DNA of 63,847 bases, counting the filler, from Octopus bimaculoides (lineage: Eukaryota), in NCBI RefSeq assembly GCF_001194135.2. It is 5 parts of 4 records of this genome, joined end to end, with 100 filler letters (N's around TTAATTAATTAA, not from the genome) between each part and the next. Parts side by side here need not be neighbours in the genome. Positions count along the whole stretch, not along the records: positions 40,515 to 51,376 come from NC_068990.1; positions 51,477 to 61,104 come from NC_068991.1; 3 more parts are not named here. One strand, written 5' to 3'. This document shows, piece after piece, positions 41,435 through 52,690 of the stretch. The notes below the pieces were generated by a model. That model did not search any database. It was not told where the DNA came from and saw only the letters and a list, made by a program, of their open reading frames with translations. The translations under genes were made by a program, and so were the position numbers. Within the stretch, counting starts at the first letter, position 1; every line of letters begins with the position of its first letter.

Positions 41435-41480
41435 GACACCTGATGAAGGCTGGAGGGTATATCAGCTGAAATGTTGTGTT
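41435..41480 (+). ncRNA. Minimal PLE-type type I hammerhead ribozyme (CpG-decayed)
   Basis: GACAC-CUGAUGA-A-GGCUG-gagggtatat-CAGCU-GAAA-UG-UU-GUGUU; the mirror copy at 41194-41270 shows the ancestral CAGCC and CG. Confidence 0.75.
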
Positions 41481-41859
41481 AACAACAAACAAGATGACGA
41501 AAAATATCCGTCAATTGTAAATAATGTACATAATTCCTTATCTCTTAAATATAGAACTGTACATATTTCTCTTCCTTCCTTGCTTCCTTCTCTCCTTCCT
41601 TTCTTTCGTTCTTTCTTATTTTCTTTGGTTCTTCCTTTCTTATTTCCTTTCATTCAGTTTTACATTCTTTTTGCTTTCCTTTCTTCCTTTCCTTTTCTTT
41701 CTTTCTTATTCCTTCGTTTCTTTCATACCTGCTATTTTTTCCCCTTTTTTGTTTCAAGTCAATTTCTTCTTCGTTTTGCATTATGGCAATCGCCCCAATC
41801 CCATTTGTTTTCCATATTTGTTTTATCTCCAAAATTTTCGGTGCTCTTGGCCGATAAAT

Positions 41860-41903
<44 letters not shown>

Positions 41904-42563
41904 TTTCTTTTTCGGAGTAGCAACTGTCTACGCGCTTCCGAGGCGTGCCAGCGGGCGGAGAGAGGAAATCAATACTNNNNNNNNNNNNNNNNNNNNNNNN
42001 NNNNNNNNNNNNNNNNNNNNNNNNNNNNNNNNNNNNNNNNNNNNNNNNNNNNNNNNNNNNNNNNNNNNNNNNNNNNNNNNNNNNNNNNNNNNNNNNNNNN
42101 NNNNNNNNNNNNNNNNNNNNNNNNNNNNNNNNNNNNNNNNNNNNNNNNNNNNNNNNNNNNNNNNNNNNNNNNNNNNNNNNNNNNNNNNNNNNNNNNNNNN
42201 NNNNNNNNNNNNNNNNNNNNNNNNNNNNNNNNNNNNNNNNNNNNNNNNNNNNNNNNNNNNNNNNNNNNNNNNNNNNNNNNNNNNNNNNNNNNNNNNNNNN
42301 NNNNNNNNNNNNNNNNNNNNNNNNNNNNNNNNNNNNNNNNNNNNNNNNNNNNNNNNNNNNNNNNNNNNNNNNNNNNNNNNNNNNNAATATTTGAAGCCAT
42401 TATTTGAAGCCATTATCTTTATCTTTATCTTTACTTCGTCAATCGACAAAAGAACGAAATGATAAATGGATTTATGAATGAAAGTTTGGTAATGGCGTTT
42501 ATTTCCACCACGTGACAGTTATTGCAAACATGTTTTAACTAACCTAAACTATACACACACACA

Positions 42564-42609
<46 letters not shown>

Positions 42610-42737
42610 GTCTCGGGTTGTAGCAGTAATTCAAAGGGGCTAGCCTTATCATATCCTGTGGGAAGCTGAATCTCCTTGAGAACTACATTAATATTATGCA
42701 TGTCTGTGGAGCACTTAGCCATTTATGAGTTAATTTT
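42610..42737 (+). mobile_element. SINE family D internal fragment
   Basis: gtaattcaaaggggctagcctt...gctgaatctccttgagaactacatta...tgtctgtggagcacttagcc. Confidence 0.65.
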
Positions 42738-43309
42738 ATCCTCGTGTGGTAATGAAAAGTGAAATTGACATCAAATATTTGCTGTGTATATGTATCTATG
42801 TATGAACTTTTCTTTCAATCTATGTATCTGCTGTCTCTCTCACTTTCTCTCTCACTTCCTTTGTGTCCCACTTCTCGCCCGCTTTTGATTTAACAATGTT
42901 TATATGTGTCTACATCTCTTGCGATGTAATAAACATTGATAAAGACAAATTGAACGCCGTCACCACTCACTGTCTCTTCCACTCTCTCTCTTTCCCTCTC
43001 ATTTTTTTCTTTCTCTCCCACTCTCTCATTTTTTTCTTTCTCTCACTCTCTTTCTTTCTCTCTTATGTCCTTTCTGAAACATTTTAAACAGAAAACGAAC
43101 GCCGTCACCACTCACTGTCTTTTTCACTCTCATACCTCCATGTTCTCTCTCACTCTCCCTTTCCATCTCTCTCTCACACATACTCTCTCTCACATACACA
43201 CACTCTCTCCTTTACTTCCTCTTCGTCCTCCTCTCTCTTGCTTTGCCACTTTGAAATAAATGTAACGTACAAAAACTATTACGTACAAAAACAAAACGTT
43301 AGCGTATTA

Positions 43310-43340
<31 letters not shown>

Positions 43341-43824
43341 NNNNNNNNNNNNNNNNNNNNNNNNNNNNNNNNNNNNNNNNNNNNNNNNNNNNNNNNNNNN
43401 NNNNNNNNNNNNNNNNNNNNNNNNNNNNNNNNNNNNNNNNNNNNNNNNNNNNNNNNNNNNNNNNNNNNNNNNNNNNNNNNNNNNNNNNNNNNNNNNNNNN
43501 NNNNNNNNNNNNNNNNNNNNNNNNNNNNNNNNNNNNNNNNNNNNNNNNNNNNNNNNNNNNNNNNNNNNNNNNNNNNNNNNNNNNNNNNNNNNNNNNNNNN
43601 NNNNNNNNNNNNNNNNNNNNNNNNNNNNNNNNNNNNNNNNNNTGTGTGTGTTTATATTAGAAAATCATTTTATAATTTACCTGATTCATTTTCACCATAT
43701 TTCTTAATTAGTGGCTTTATGTCGGTCGCAATTAATTTAAGTAGTTGATGGATTTAGCTGAGAGGTTTGGTGGCTCTTATAAGAAGTCTAGTAGAAATAA
43801 TTCACTGTTGATATTATTTTCACT

Positions 43825-44030
43825 AAGGCAACCAGCTGGCAGAATCTTTACTATGCTTAGCGGCATTTCGTTCGTTTTTACGTTCGGAGTTCAAAGTCCG
43901 CCGAGGTCTGTGCTGCCTTACATCACTTGTAGTTCGATAAAATAAGTACCAGCTGAATACTGGGGTTGATATAGTCAAATGACACCGTTCCCCGAACGTG
44001 CTGGCCTTGAACCAAAACTTGGAATCAATA
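43825..44030 (+). mobile_element. SINE family A, diverged
   Basis: aaggcaaccagctggcagaatc...ggagttcaaagtccgccgagg...ataagtaccagctgaatactgggg...ctggccttgaaccaaaacttggaatcaat. Confidence 0.75.
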
Positions 44031-46387
44031 TTATTCTTCACTCTCAATAGTTTTTAATACCCATATTTACTACCAAAGCAAACTTCAAACTGGGCTAAAG
44101 TAATATTTTTTTTATATTTATATAGTGGTACCTGAGAGCAAGAACATTGCCATTCAAGCCTGCATTAATCTAACAGCAATATATTTCTTCAGCCACTCTT
44201 AGTAATGTGATTCGGTATGGACACGATATTAGATAAATAACGATATTCGGTTAAATGTTATTATTACAGCGATACTTTACTAAAAGTAACTGCTTACCAT
44301 ACATTGCAGTGACAAATCAAATGCTTCCACATATTTCTAGTTTTATTAGCATAGCTACAACTAACAGCACATATTTTAACCCCTTTTATTCGCGCTTTCA
44401 TGATAATTGATCATAAATAAACACCTAACATGAAAAAGCTGCAATGAAGGACACTAAATCACAACTCGTGGATTATAGTTGACGTTAGTTATTGCAAACA
44501 TATGTATTTTATACATTGTAGACAATGATATTTTCCATAAGATTTCTACTATTGCTTCTGCCAGTGTCTCTGTATGCTAGTGCTTAAATATTTTCATATA
44601 CATGATATGGAGAGAGAGAAGAAGTGAAGACTGTAGGAGCTGTCTTATTGCACTCAGTCACTATGAAGCGAACATAATGCCAGAGAAGATCGATAAATGA
44701 AGGAAGCATTGAGTTATTGACGGGCTTTGACATATTTCATTATGGATCCTCTGCAGTTATGTCAACTCTCTGCGTCCATATAACATCCGGTTAACTTGCT
44801 GTAATTGGCACCGTGTTATGTCATGAAGGAGGATGTTGGAGAAAGTGGAAATATGTGGGAGAAAGGGAGAGATGAAAGAATGAGAGAGGGGGCAGAGAGA
44901 GAGAGAGAGTTAATAGGGAAGACCGGTCAAGAACCACATTACAGGACATATTTAAAACTGCGTATGTGTATGTGAAATGTGTGTATACATTTGCTGGTAT
45001 ATCTTGGCGTGTGTGTGTCTGTGTGTTTCTATGTAGCTGCACATTTATGCGTAGGTAACATCAGTGTGTGATTATGTATGTAAGTAAATCTACCCGAAAT
45101 GTTGGAACATTAAGACTATTAAGGAAACAGGGTGTGACGTATAGCACAAGTCTCTGTCTGTGTATGTCATATTTAATACGAGGGATTCTTGATGTAAAGT
45201 ACACATAAACTGAGAATAAGTAGTGAGAATATTTATAATATGAGTAAAATATATTATGTGTGCAAAGAATGTGTAGAAAACATATTGAGAAGGTGTATAT
45301 TGGAAGGCAGATGTAATTTTCTCAACTGAGATTCATTCGATCTGTGTGATAAATGCATATATATATATATATATATATCATAATTATAAGCATTATTATA
45401 ATTAGGATTTAGAAAAATTGCTTCACCACATACCGAAATTTAGAAATAGCAGTTAAATACTATTCCACTTGGTAAATGCTTAGCGGTATTTCATCTGTGT
45501 TTACTTAGTAAAATTATTAATTATTAATTATTAATTTCACCCTATATCAGTATATATATATATATATATGTGAGAATTTTTGGTATCCAGAAGACCCAAA
45601 AGGCAGGTAAGGCTATCAGTGACTCGTGTATAGGCGCTGCGGAACTGTGTATACGCACTGCAGAGTTCTTCTTCCTTTAATTCTTTCTTTATACTTGTAC
45701 ATTATATAATCCTTAAGCTTAATGTCAGCTGCCATCCCCTAGTTTATAAAAAAAAATACAAAGTTTCTTGTATAGAACTGTACGCTTCGCAGTTCAAGAA
45801 ACGCGATGTTTGGCTCCTTACATGTCTGAGAAAGGAAACTTCACGCTAGGGAGAGTGTGAGAGCGCGCTGCGTTGTGCTTAAAAATGTGTTTATGTTCTT
45901 GAATGTTATAAAATGTAGAATTAGATTATTACCATGCTTCCAGCTTCAGTGTGGCAGCCAAGATTTGAAAAATAGGGTACATTTGCCCTCCTTATTTTAT
46001 GATTTAAGGGGGATTTTTGAAAAACAAAGAGGAATTCTCGGCGGTATTCAGTAAACAAATTAAGCACACTACCGGGCAATGGCTAAAACGCCAACCGATC
46101 AAGTTTATGTATAAATATTCTTTTAATATGTTTGTTTCCTGTTACACAATATTAAAACAACGGCTAAAAATTTTCTGAAGTAGCTTCCCCCCACTAATTC
46201 TATCTGCGAACCGCCACTGAAGGTTATGTCAATACTACAGTAGGACCGCTCTTAGACTCCCGGTTCGATAATAGTATGAGTGAGGAGTCTAACGCGGGTC
46301 GTGTATGATTGTGCATATCTTAAATAAAATGAGAAAATAAAGCCAAGGCAGTGTGAAATTTCTTACATATTTATAAAGAGAGAGGTA

Positions 46388-46455
46388 GTCTTACAGCTGT
46401 TTCAGGGATTTAAAGGATATCCAATTATCAGAGAGGATATTCCATCATCAGAGAC
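46388..46455 (-). ncRNA. Type I hammerhead with palindromic stem III, in the left arm of an inverted repeat
   Basis: GUCU-CUGAUGA-UGGA[AUAUCC...GGAUAU]...UCCCU-GAAA-CAGCUG-UA-AGAC; a degenerate plus-strand mirror lies at 46507-46554. Confidence 0.72.
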
Positions 46456-46629
46456 GAAATGTTATATTGAACCGTATTATTTTCTTCTATTTAACTCTCT
46501 CATAACGTCTTTGATGATGAGCTATCCTTTATATCCCTGAAACAACTGTAAGACAAACTTTCTCTTTATAAATTTCCTACAAATTTGACACTATGTTGGC
46601 TTTATTGCCTCATTTTATTTAACATATCT

Positions 46630-46968
46630 TTTCCACTCTAGGCACAAGGTCCGAAATTTTGGAGGAGGAGGCCAGTTGATTACATCGACCCAAGTACGCA
46701 ACTGGTACTTAATTTATAGACACCGAAAGGTTGAAAGGAAAAGTCAACCTCGGCGGAATTTGAATTCAGAACGTAAAGACAGACGAAATACTGCTAAGCA
46801 TTCCACTCGGCGTGATAACGTTTCTTATTCCTTTATTGCCCACAAGGGCTTAAACATAGAGGGGACAAACAAGGACAGACAAAGAGATTAGGTCGATTAC
46901 ATCGACCCCAGTACGTAACTGGTACTTATTTAATCGGCGTGATAATGTTTCTGCCTGCTCGCCGCCTT
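46630..46968 (-). mobile_element. SINE family A with nested 5'-truncated tail-type-2 copy (46826-46933)
   Basis: 19-bp TSD tcggcgtgataa(c/t)gtttct at 46807-46825 and 46934-46952. Confidence 0.85.
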
Positions 46969-46994
46969 CTTTTATTTGGCACACACACACACAC

Positions 46995-47039
<45 letters not shown>

Positions 47040-47069
47040 TCTCGGTACTGGTGTATCTTGTGCTTGTAA

Positions 47070-47215
47070 CCTAGCGTTTCAATTAAAGAGAGCGATAGAG
47101 TAAATACCAGGCTAAAAAAAGAAAATATTATATGTACTGTGATCGATTCGTTCGACTTGAAATTTTTCAAGGCCATGCCCTAGCATGGCCGCAGTCTAAT
47201 GCTAAAAGGAGTAAA
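47070..47215 (+). mobile_element. SINE family B 3' part, diverged
   Basis: taacctagcg...gagagcgatagagtaaataccaggct...gatcgattcgttcgact...tagcatggccgcagtctaatg. Confidence 0.6.
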
Positions 47216-48053
47216 CTGTAAAAGTATATATTTTCATAATTAAATATCATTAAGATAAGATTTATATTAGAAATTAAGATATTCCATATGATGTGGGAGT
47301 AGATCCAGTTTATTAGACATGAATTTTTACAACAAAATAGTACATGGACCCTGCCATCAAGGGTCATGTGAACGCCGGTTAAGAACCACTGATCTAGAAG
47401 TTCGCTACAAATATAAAGCCATGTATACCCAATCGGAGGATAAACTGCACTGATTTCTAATTTGATGGTGCGTGGAATTGTTTATAGACAAAAAAAAGAT
47501 GAAAAAAAACGTCTTCGTATTCAGTTTCAAAATATCCATAAAAAATTACGCTATAACACTCTTAATACATCTATACACCGTATTGATGTCATAAATCTCG
47601 TTCTTTCCTTCTTTCTTACACGAAAACAGTAATACTATTAGTATCGATATCACGCACCCATTAAAATCAATTACTTTGTCATAGTAATTGCTTTCATAGA
47701 TAAGAAACCTTAGCAGTCTGACTTTCACTCATCTCTACTGGTTGGTTTGGTAAACAACATTCAAGTGAGAAACCATGACCAGATGCATCATTCATTGTGA
47801 TATCGACAAGAGACTTTTTAACTTACCGCCATCACAATTGGAACCTAAATAGCATACCGAACATACCCACATGAAGTGTTCAATTTAGAAATATTATGGA
47901 GCTAATATTTTATATACACAAACACACATACACACACATACACACGTGTGTGTGTGGGTATGTGTATATATGTAATATACGTATATATATATATAAGCAT
48001 GTACATATGTATGTATATATCGAACTATATTTATATATGTGTGTGTGTCTTGT

Positions 48054-48127
<74 letters not shown>

Positions 48128-48610
48128 NNNNNNNNNNNNNNNNNNNNNNNNNNNNNNNNNNNNNNNNNNNNNNNNNNNNNNNNNNNNNNNNNNNNNNNNN
48201 NNNNNNNNNNNNNNNNNNNNNNNNNNNNNNNNNNNNNNNNNNNNNNNNNNNNNNNNNNNNNNNNNNNNNNNNNNNNNNNNNNNNNNNNNNNNNNNNNNNN
48301 NNNNNNNNNNNNNNNNNNNNNNNNNNNNNNNNNNNNNNNNNNNNNNNNNNNNNNNNNNNNNNNNNNNNNNNNNNNNNNNNNNNNNNNNNNNNNNNNNNNN
48401 NNNNNNNNNNNNNNNNNNNNNNNNNNNNNNNNNNNNNNNNNNNNNNNNNNNNNNNNNNNNNNNNNNNNNNNNNNNNNNNNNNNNNNNNNNNNNNNNNNNN
48501 NNNNNNNNNNNNNNNNNNNNNNNNNNNNNNNNNNNNNNNNNNNNNNNNNNNNNNNNNNNNNNNNNNNNNNNNNNNNNNNNNNNNNNNNNNNNNNNNNNNN
48601 NNNNNNNNNN

Positions 48611-48642
<32 letters not shown>

Positions 48643-49689
48643 GAGTAATTCAGGTAAGAGTTTGGAGTCGCAAACAGAGATTGGCACTAATCTCCATCCT
48701 TTTCGCTTAGAGGCGGGAAGGTGTTGTATTTTATAATTCTCGTTTGCACATTGGTAAATTGGATCATTGACGGTTTCGGTGAGCATATTTTTGAATGCGA
48801 GGAATTCAGTACACATTCTACGATAAATCATTAGCACCAATAACCACATATATAGTGCATTGGGTTAACTGTCAACTTGTCGAATATATAATAGTGGTCT
48901 TTGCCAAGACCTTGCAAGCAAATTTTATCGAGTAGTTAGAATGTTAGAATCTGTTTAAATGTTAAATCTAATTAAGAAAATGAAATTTTTGGAAAGTGTA
49001 AAAGTTATAAAATCCGATCGTATATACAATACATGAAATCCAAGAATATGTACATGTGCGTTAATTATTAAAATATATTTCGCTTCATGAAGAAATTAGC
49101 AACATGTTTCGAAATATTTCAGTTATTTGTCTACAGTTCATTATTTTCTACTATGGCTGTCAAACGATCAAATGATTACCATACTTGCAACAATACAATT
49201 TTAATGTTTGTTTTAACTGATTAGACAAATGAATAATTAATAAAATATGACCAGAAAATGAGAGTTGGAAAATGTAACACCAAACGCTAGCAACATTAGT
49301 GACATTACAGTGATTTGTGAACAGTGAGGATATTTATTGCTATCATCTTCATCATCACAATCGGAATTTGTTTATTTAATGCCAACTATAGACCCATTAC
49401 CATTAATACATCATTGCAATTAATGCCTTACAGCATTTTGTCGCTTCCATCCATGTGCTGTGTTTTTCTTTAGAAATTTATATAAACGAAATTTATGAAA
49501 TAAATTAACAGCTACACACTGATTCTTTTATAAGTGCCTCGTCATGTTGTCTCTAACAAAATCTCTGTGAAATGCTAAGTGAAACAATATTTATATTATG
49601 TAAATTCTGTAAATAGAACCACTTATTTATCGTCCAGTACTCTTACATCTTTCATCGATAAAAAGCAAATAATATAAATATTGGTTTCA

Positions 49690-49899
49690 TCTTTTGGCAC
49701 AAGGCCAGCAACGTTGGAGGAGAGGGTTAGTCAATTAAATCAACCCCATAGCTGAAGTGGGACTTTTTTTATCGACTCCGCAAGGATGAAAGGTAAAGCC
49801 AATATGAGAGGAATGTGAACTTAGAACGTGAAAACGGGTGAAATGACGCTAAGCATTCAGGCCCGGCATGCTAATGATTCTGCCATCTCGCCGCCTTAA
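49690..49899 (-). mobile_element. SINE family A
   Basis: ggcacaaggccagc...ggatgaaagg...gctaagcatt...ctaatgattctgccatctcgccgcctta. Confidence 0.75.
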
Positions 49900-50008
49900 A
49901 TAATATAAATATTATTTCCTGAAATAGAAAATGCCTAATAATTTTAACGTATTTGAATAAAAAAACAACAAAAAAAAAGACAAAAGAAAAGAAAACAAAC
50001 AAACATAC

Positions 50009-50238
50009 CTTTGAATGTCTTTTATGGAATTGAGAGGAGAGGAAATAAATCGCATCGTGTTCGCTGATGAAAATTTCACAGATGGACGGTTTGCTATCTG
50101 TTCCTGCAAATCAACCGATTTAACATTTGTAGTACAAAACATTGTTGCAAAACAGAACGAGATGTCTACTATGGATGAAACTTTTAGATCTGCTAGATGC
50201 ATCTGCCTTTCTCATTATCCTGATCTTTTTATGTCTCC
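50009..50238 (-). other. Candidate exon (possible start exon MHLADLK...SSPLNSIKDIQR)
   Basis: Acceptor gttttatgtgtcag (alternative gatttgcag at 50104-50106), strong donor caaag|gtatgt, open frame from ATG 50202; unique sequence. Confidence 0.3.
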
Positions 50239-50584
50239 CTGACACATAAAACACTAATCACTACCTCAAACCTTAACATAGCGGAACTCAAAAACCTTTT
50301 GAAATTCCTTTCCTACTTCTATCCATAAACTGATAAAAACTTTATGATTAACATAAACACATTGATGTCATCGTTGTGGAATATGATCCAAGTTATATGA
50401 TTGTCGTACTCTTTCATCAGAAGACCTAATAGGGACAGGAGACAGTATTTCTAATATATTTATTTCCTGTAAACTGGTTCGAGGGAAGCATTTTGACACA
50501 ATAACAAACAACCAGTGACATTATAACGTGGCCTTACAAGACTGGACAAAGCTGATTAGCTCCACATCTAAAATTGTTTCAAAT

Positions 50585-50790
50585 GTTAGCACAGGGCCTG
50601 CAATCATTCAGTGGGAGGAGGTTAGTCTTGACTTACACGGTACTTGACTGGTACTTTATTTTATCGATTGTCTAGAGGACGATTGGTAATGTTGAACTGG
50701 AGGGTATTTGAACTCAGTAAATGTAAATTACTGGAAAAAATACCGTTAAGTGTTTTGTCTAACGAGCTAACAGTTCTGGCAGCTCTCTTC
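50585..50790 (-). mobile_element. SINE family A, old
   Basis: actggtactttattttatcga...tttgaactcag...aataccgttaag...gctaacagttctggcagct. Confidence 0.55.
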
Positions 50791-50832
50791 AGTTCTCCGT
50801 CTAAAAGAAAATATATTTAGCATAGTGTTTTT

Positions 50833-51218
50833 GTAGTCGTGGCACTCCGTCGGTTGTGAAGGTGAGGGTTCCAGTTGAACCGATCAACGGAAGAGCCTGC
50901 TCATAAAAATATCGTGCACTCCACAGACTGAGCACTCCACAGACACGTGTACCCTTAATATAGTTCTCGGGGAGATTCAGCGTGACGCAAAGTGTGACAA
51001 GGCTGGCCCTTTGAATTACGGGCACAACAGAAACAGGAAGAAAGAGTGGAAGAAAGTTATGGTGAAAGAGTACAGCAAGGTTTGCCACCCCCACTGGTGG
51101 AGCCACGTGGAGCTTTAGGTGTTTTCGCTCAATAAACACTCACAACACCCGGTCTGGGAATCGAAACCGCGATCCTACTACCGCGAGTCCGCTGCCTTAA
51201 CCACTGGGTCATTGCACG
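50833..51218 (-). mobile_element. SINE family D, near full length
   Basis: tRNA head cgtgcaatgacccagtggttaaggcagcggactcgcgg...gtttcgattcccagacc, followed by the full body to ...cgacggagtgccacgactac. Confidence 0.9.
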
Positions 51219-51476
51219 ATTTGATAATATGAAGAAATTTAACAAAAAACTGGTGAATGACTCAATAAGTTTTATCCAGTGCTTACCTATTAAACATTTG
51301 TTTCGATTCGATAGCCTCCCAAGTGTTTCAAATCACTTATAGCTCAATTTTTGTAAAAGTATAACACACACACACANNNNNNNNNNNNNNNNNNNNNNNN
51401 NNNNNNNNNNNNNNNNNNNNTTAATTAATTAANNNNNNNNNNNNNNNNNNNNNNNNNNNNNNNNNNNNNNNNNNNN

Positions 51477-51683
51477 AAACATAAGGACACAGGAAATGTG
51501 TCAAGGCCGACAGGAAGCGGTGCAGCTTCCTAGGTCTAACCAACGACGAGCAAAGATTCAGAAACATTCTCTGGATGCAGGCTTAGCTGGGTGGAGGTGC
51601 TTGTCTCCTCCTTGTAAACATAAGGACACAGGAAATGTGTCAAGGCCGACAGGAAGCGGTGCAGCTTCTTAGGTCTAACCAAC
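51477..51683. repeat. 68-bp direct repeat (1 mismatch), period 139 bp, starting at a scaffold edge
   Basis: aaacataaggacacaggaaatgtgtcaaggccgacaggaagcggtgcagcttc(c/t)taggtctaaccaac at 51477-51544 and 51616-51683. Confidence 0.85.
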
Positions 51684-51845
51684 AGTAGTATTATTCCCTT
51701 CAGGGGACTGTCACATTAAGTTGACAACATACAACTACTTCATTATATTGTCTTTGAGTTTTTAAAGTTCAACGGTAATCCATATAGATAATTGTTAGAA
51801 AGATTAGGATGCATGTAATTAAGAATAGTGTTGTGTTTAAAAACC

Positions 51846-52214
51846 ATAAAATTAATATACACAGCAGCTTGCAATGTTTCATCAAAAATGAGAATTACAA
51901 ATGTCACTAAATGTGACCAGGGTGTTTGGAAAGACCTACATTGCTAGAAATAAAAGCTAAACCGCTCTAATGTTGTGGTTAATGCATATGAATGAAAATA
52001 TATACACTAACAGGAACCATAATCGTCCGAAAAGATGCAAAGTGATGCATCTCGATCGGCACTTTTCGGACGATTATGATCCCTGTGCATGTTTTCATTC
52101 ATGTGCGTTAACTACAGCATTAGAGCGGTTTGGCTCTTATTTCTAGCATTTAGTGGCATTTTTAATTCTCCTTTTAGGTAAAACATTGCAAACTGCTGTT
52201 TATATCAATTTTAT
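51846..52214. mobile_element. Foldback/MITE-like long inverted repeat (arms about 150-190 bp, 27-bp spacer)
   Basis: Arm 51846-52034 (...accataatcgtccgaaaag) pairs with arm 52062-52214 (cttttcggacgattatg...); the left arm has a roughly 30-bp extra segment. Confidence 0.85.
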
Positions 52215-52320
52215 ATATACACATTAGCGAATCGTTGAATCATCCAATTATTGGGATGACGAAAACATAAATACTAATAGCGAAGCGAATCCGGAAGGAA
52301 CCGAAGTCGAGCTGTCTTAA

Positions 52321-52359
52321 CTGATGAGGCAACGGAAATTGCCGAAACTGACGTGTCAG

Positions 52360-52361
<2 letters not shown>
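52321..52361 (+). ncRNA. Hammerhead ribozyme core, perfect stems II and III, helix I missing
   Basis: CUGAUGA-GGCAA-cggaaa-UUGCC-GAAA-CUGAC-gu-GUCAG-UA, immediately followed by (TA)n. Confidence 0.8.
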
Positions 52362-52399
<38 letters not shown>

Positions 52400-52690
52400 A
52401 CGTTAAGGATTCGGGAGAGAATCAGGTACTTAAATTATAGGCACCAGGTTCGGTTGAATTAACTTTGTAAACACCACCTTTAGTCGAATAAATATCAGAG
52501 GTACATCCAGTGAAATATTCAGGTTACGTATACAAAGAATTTAACCCTTACGAATATTTTACGTCTAAGGGCTAGTCCAAAGCGTACATTGTATTGGTCG
52601 TACGGTATTTGGTATATTCCAGGATGTCCGACTGGTCGGGAATCACTTGTGGTGTATTATGAGCAAATAAATAAATAAGAAATGGGGAAT

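Noticed and set aside
42952-43120. 24-bp direct repeat gaacgccgtcaccactcactgtct, 145 bp apart
   Set aside because: It flanks CT-rich low-complexity sequence; a local duplication with no element signature.
47827-47844. 18-nt minus-strand microexon candidate with GTAAGT donor
   Set aside because: Poor acceptor, and a stop codon in the phase that would be required.
48640-48850. Unique stretch with ORF MWLLVLMIYRR... and a plus-strand gtaaga donor
   Set aside because: No recognisable domain or acceptor; the ORF length is inflated by the gap.
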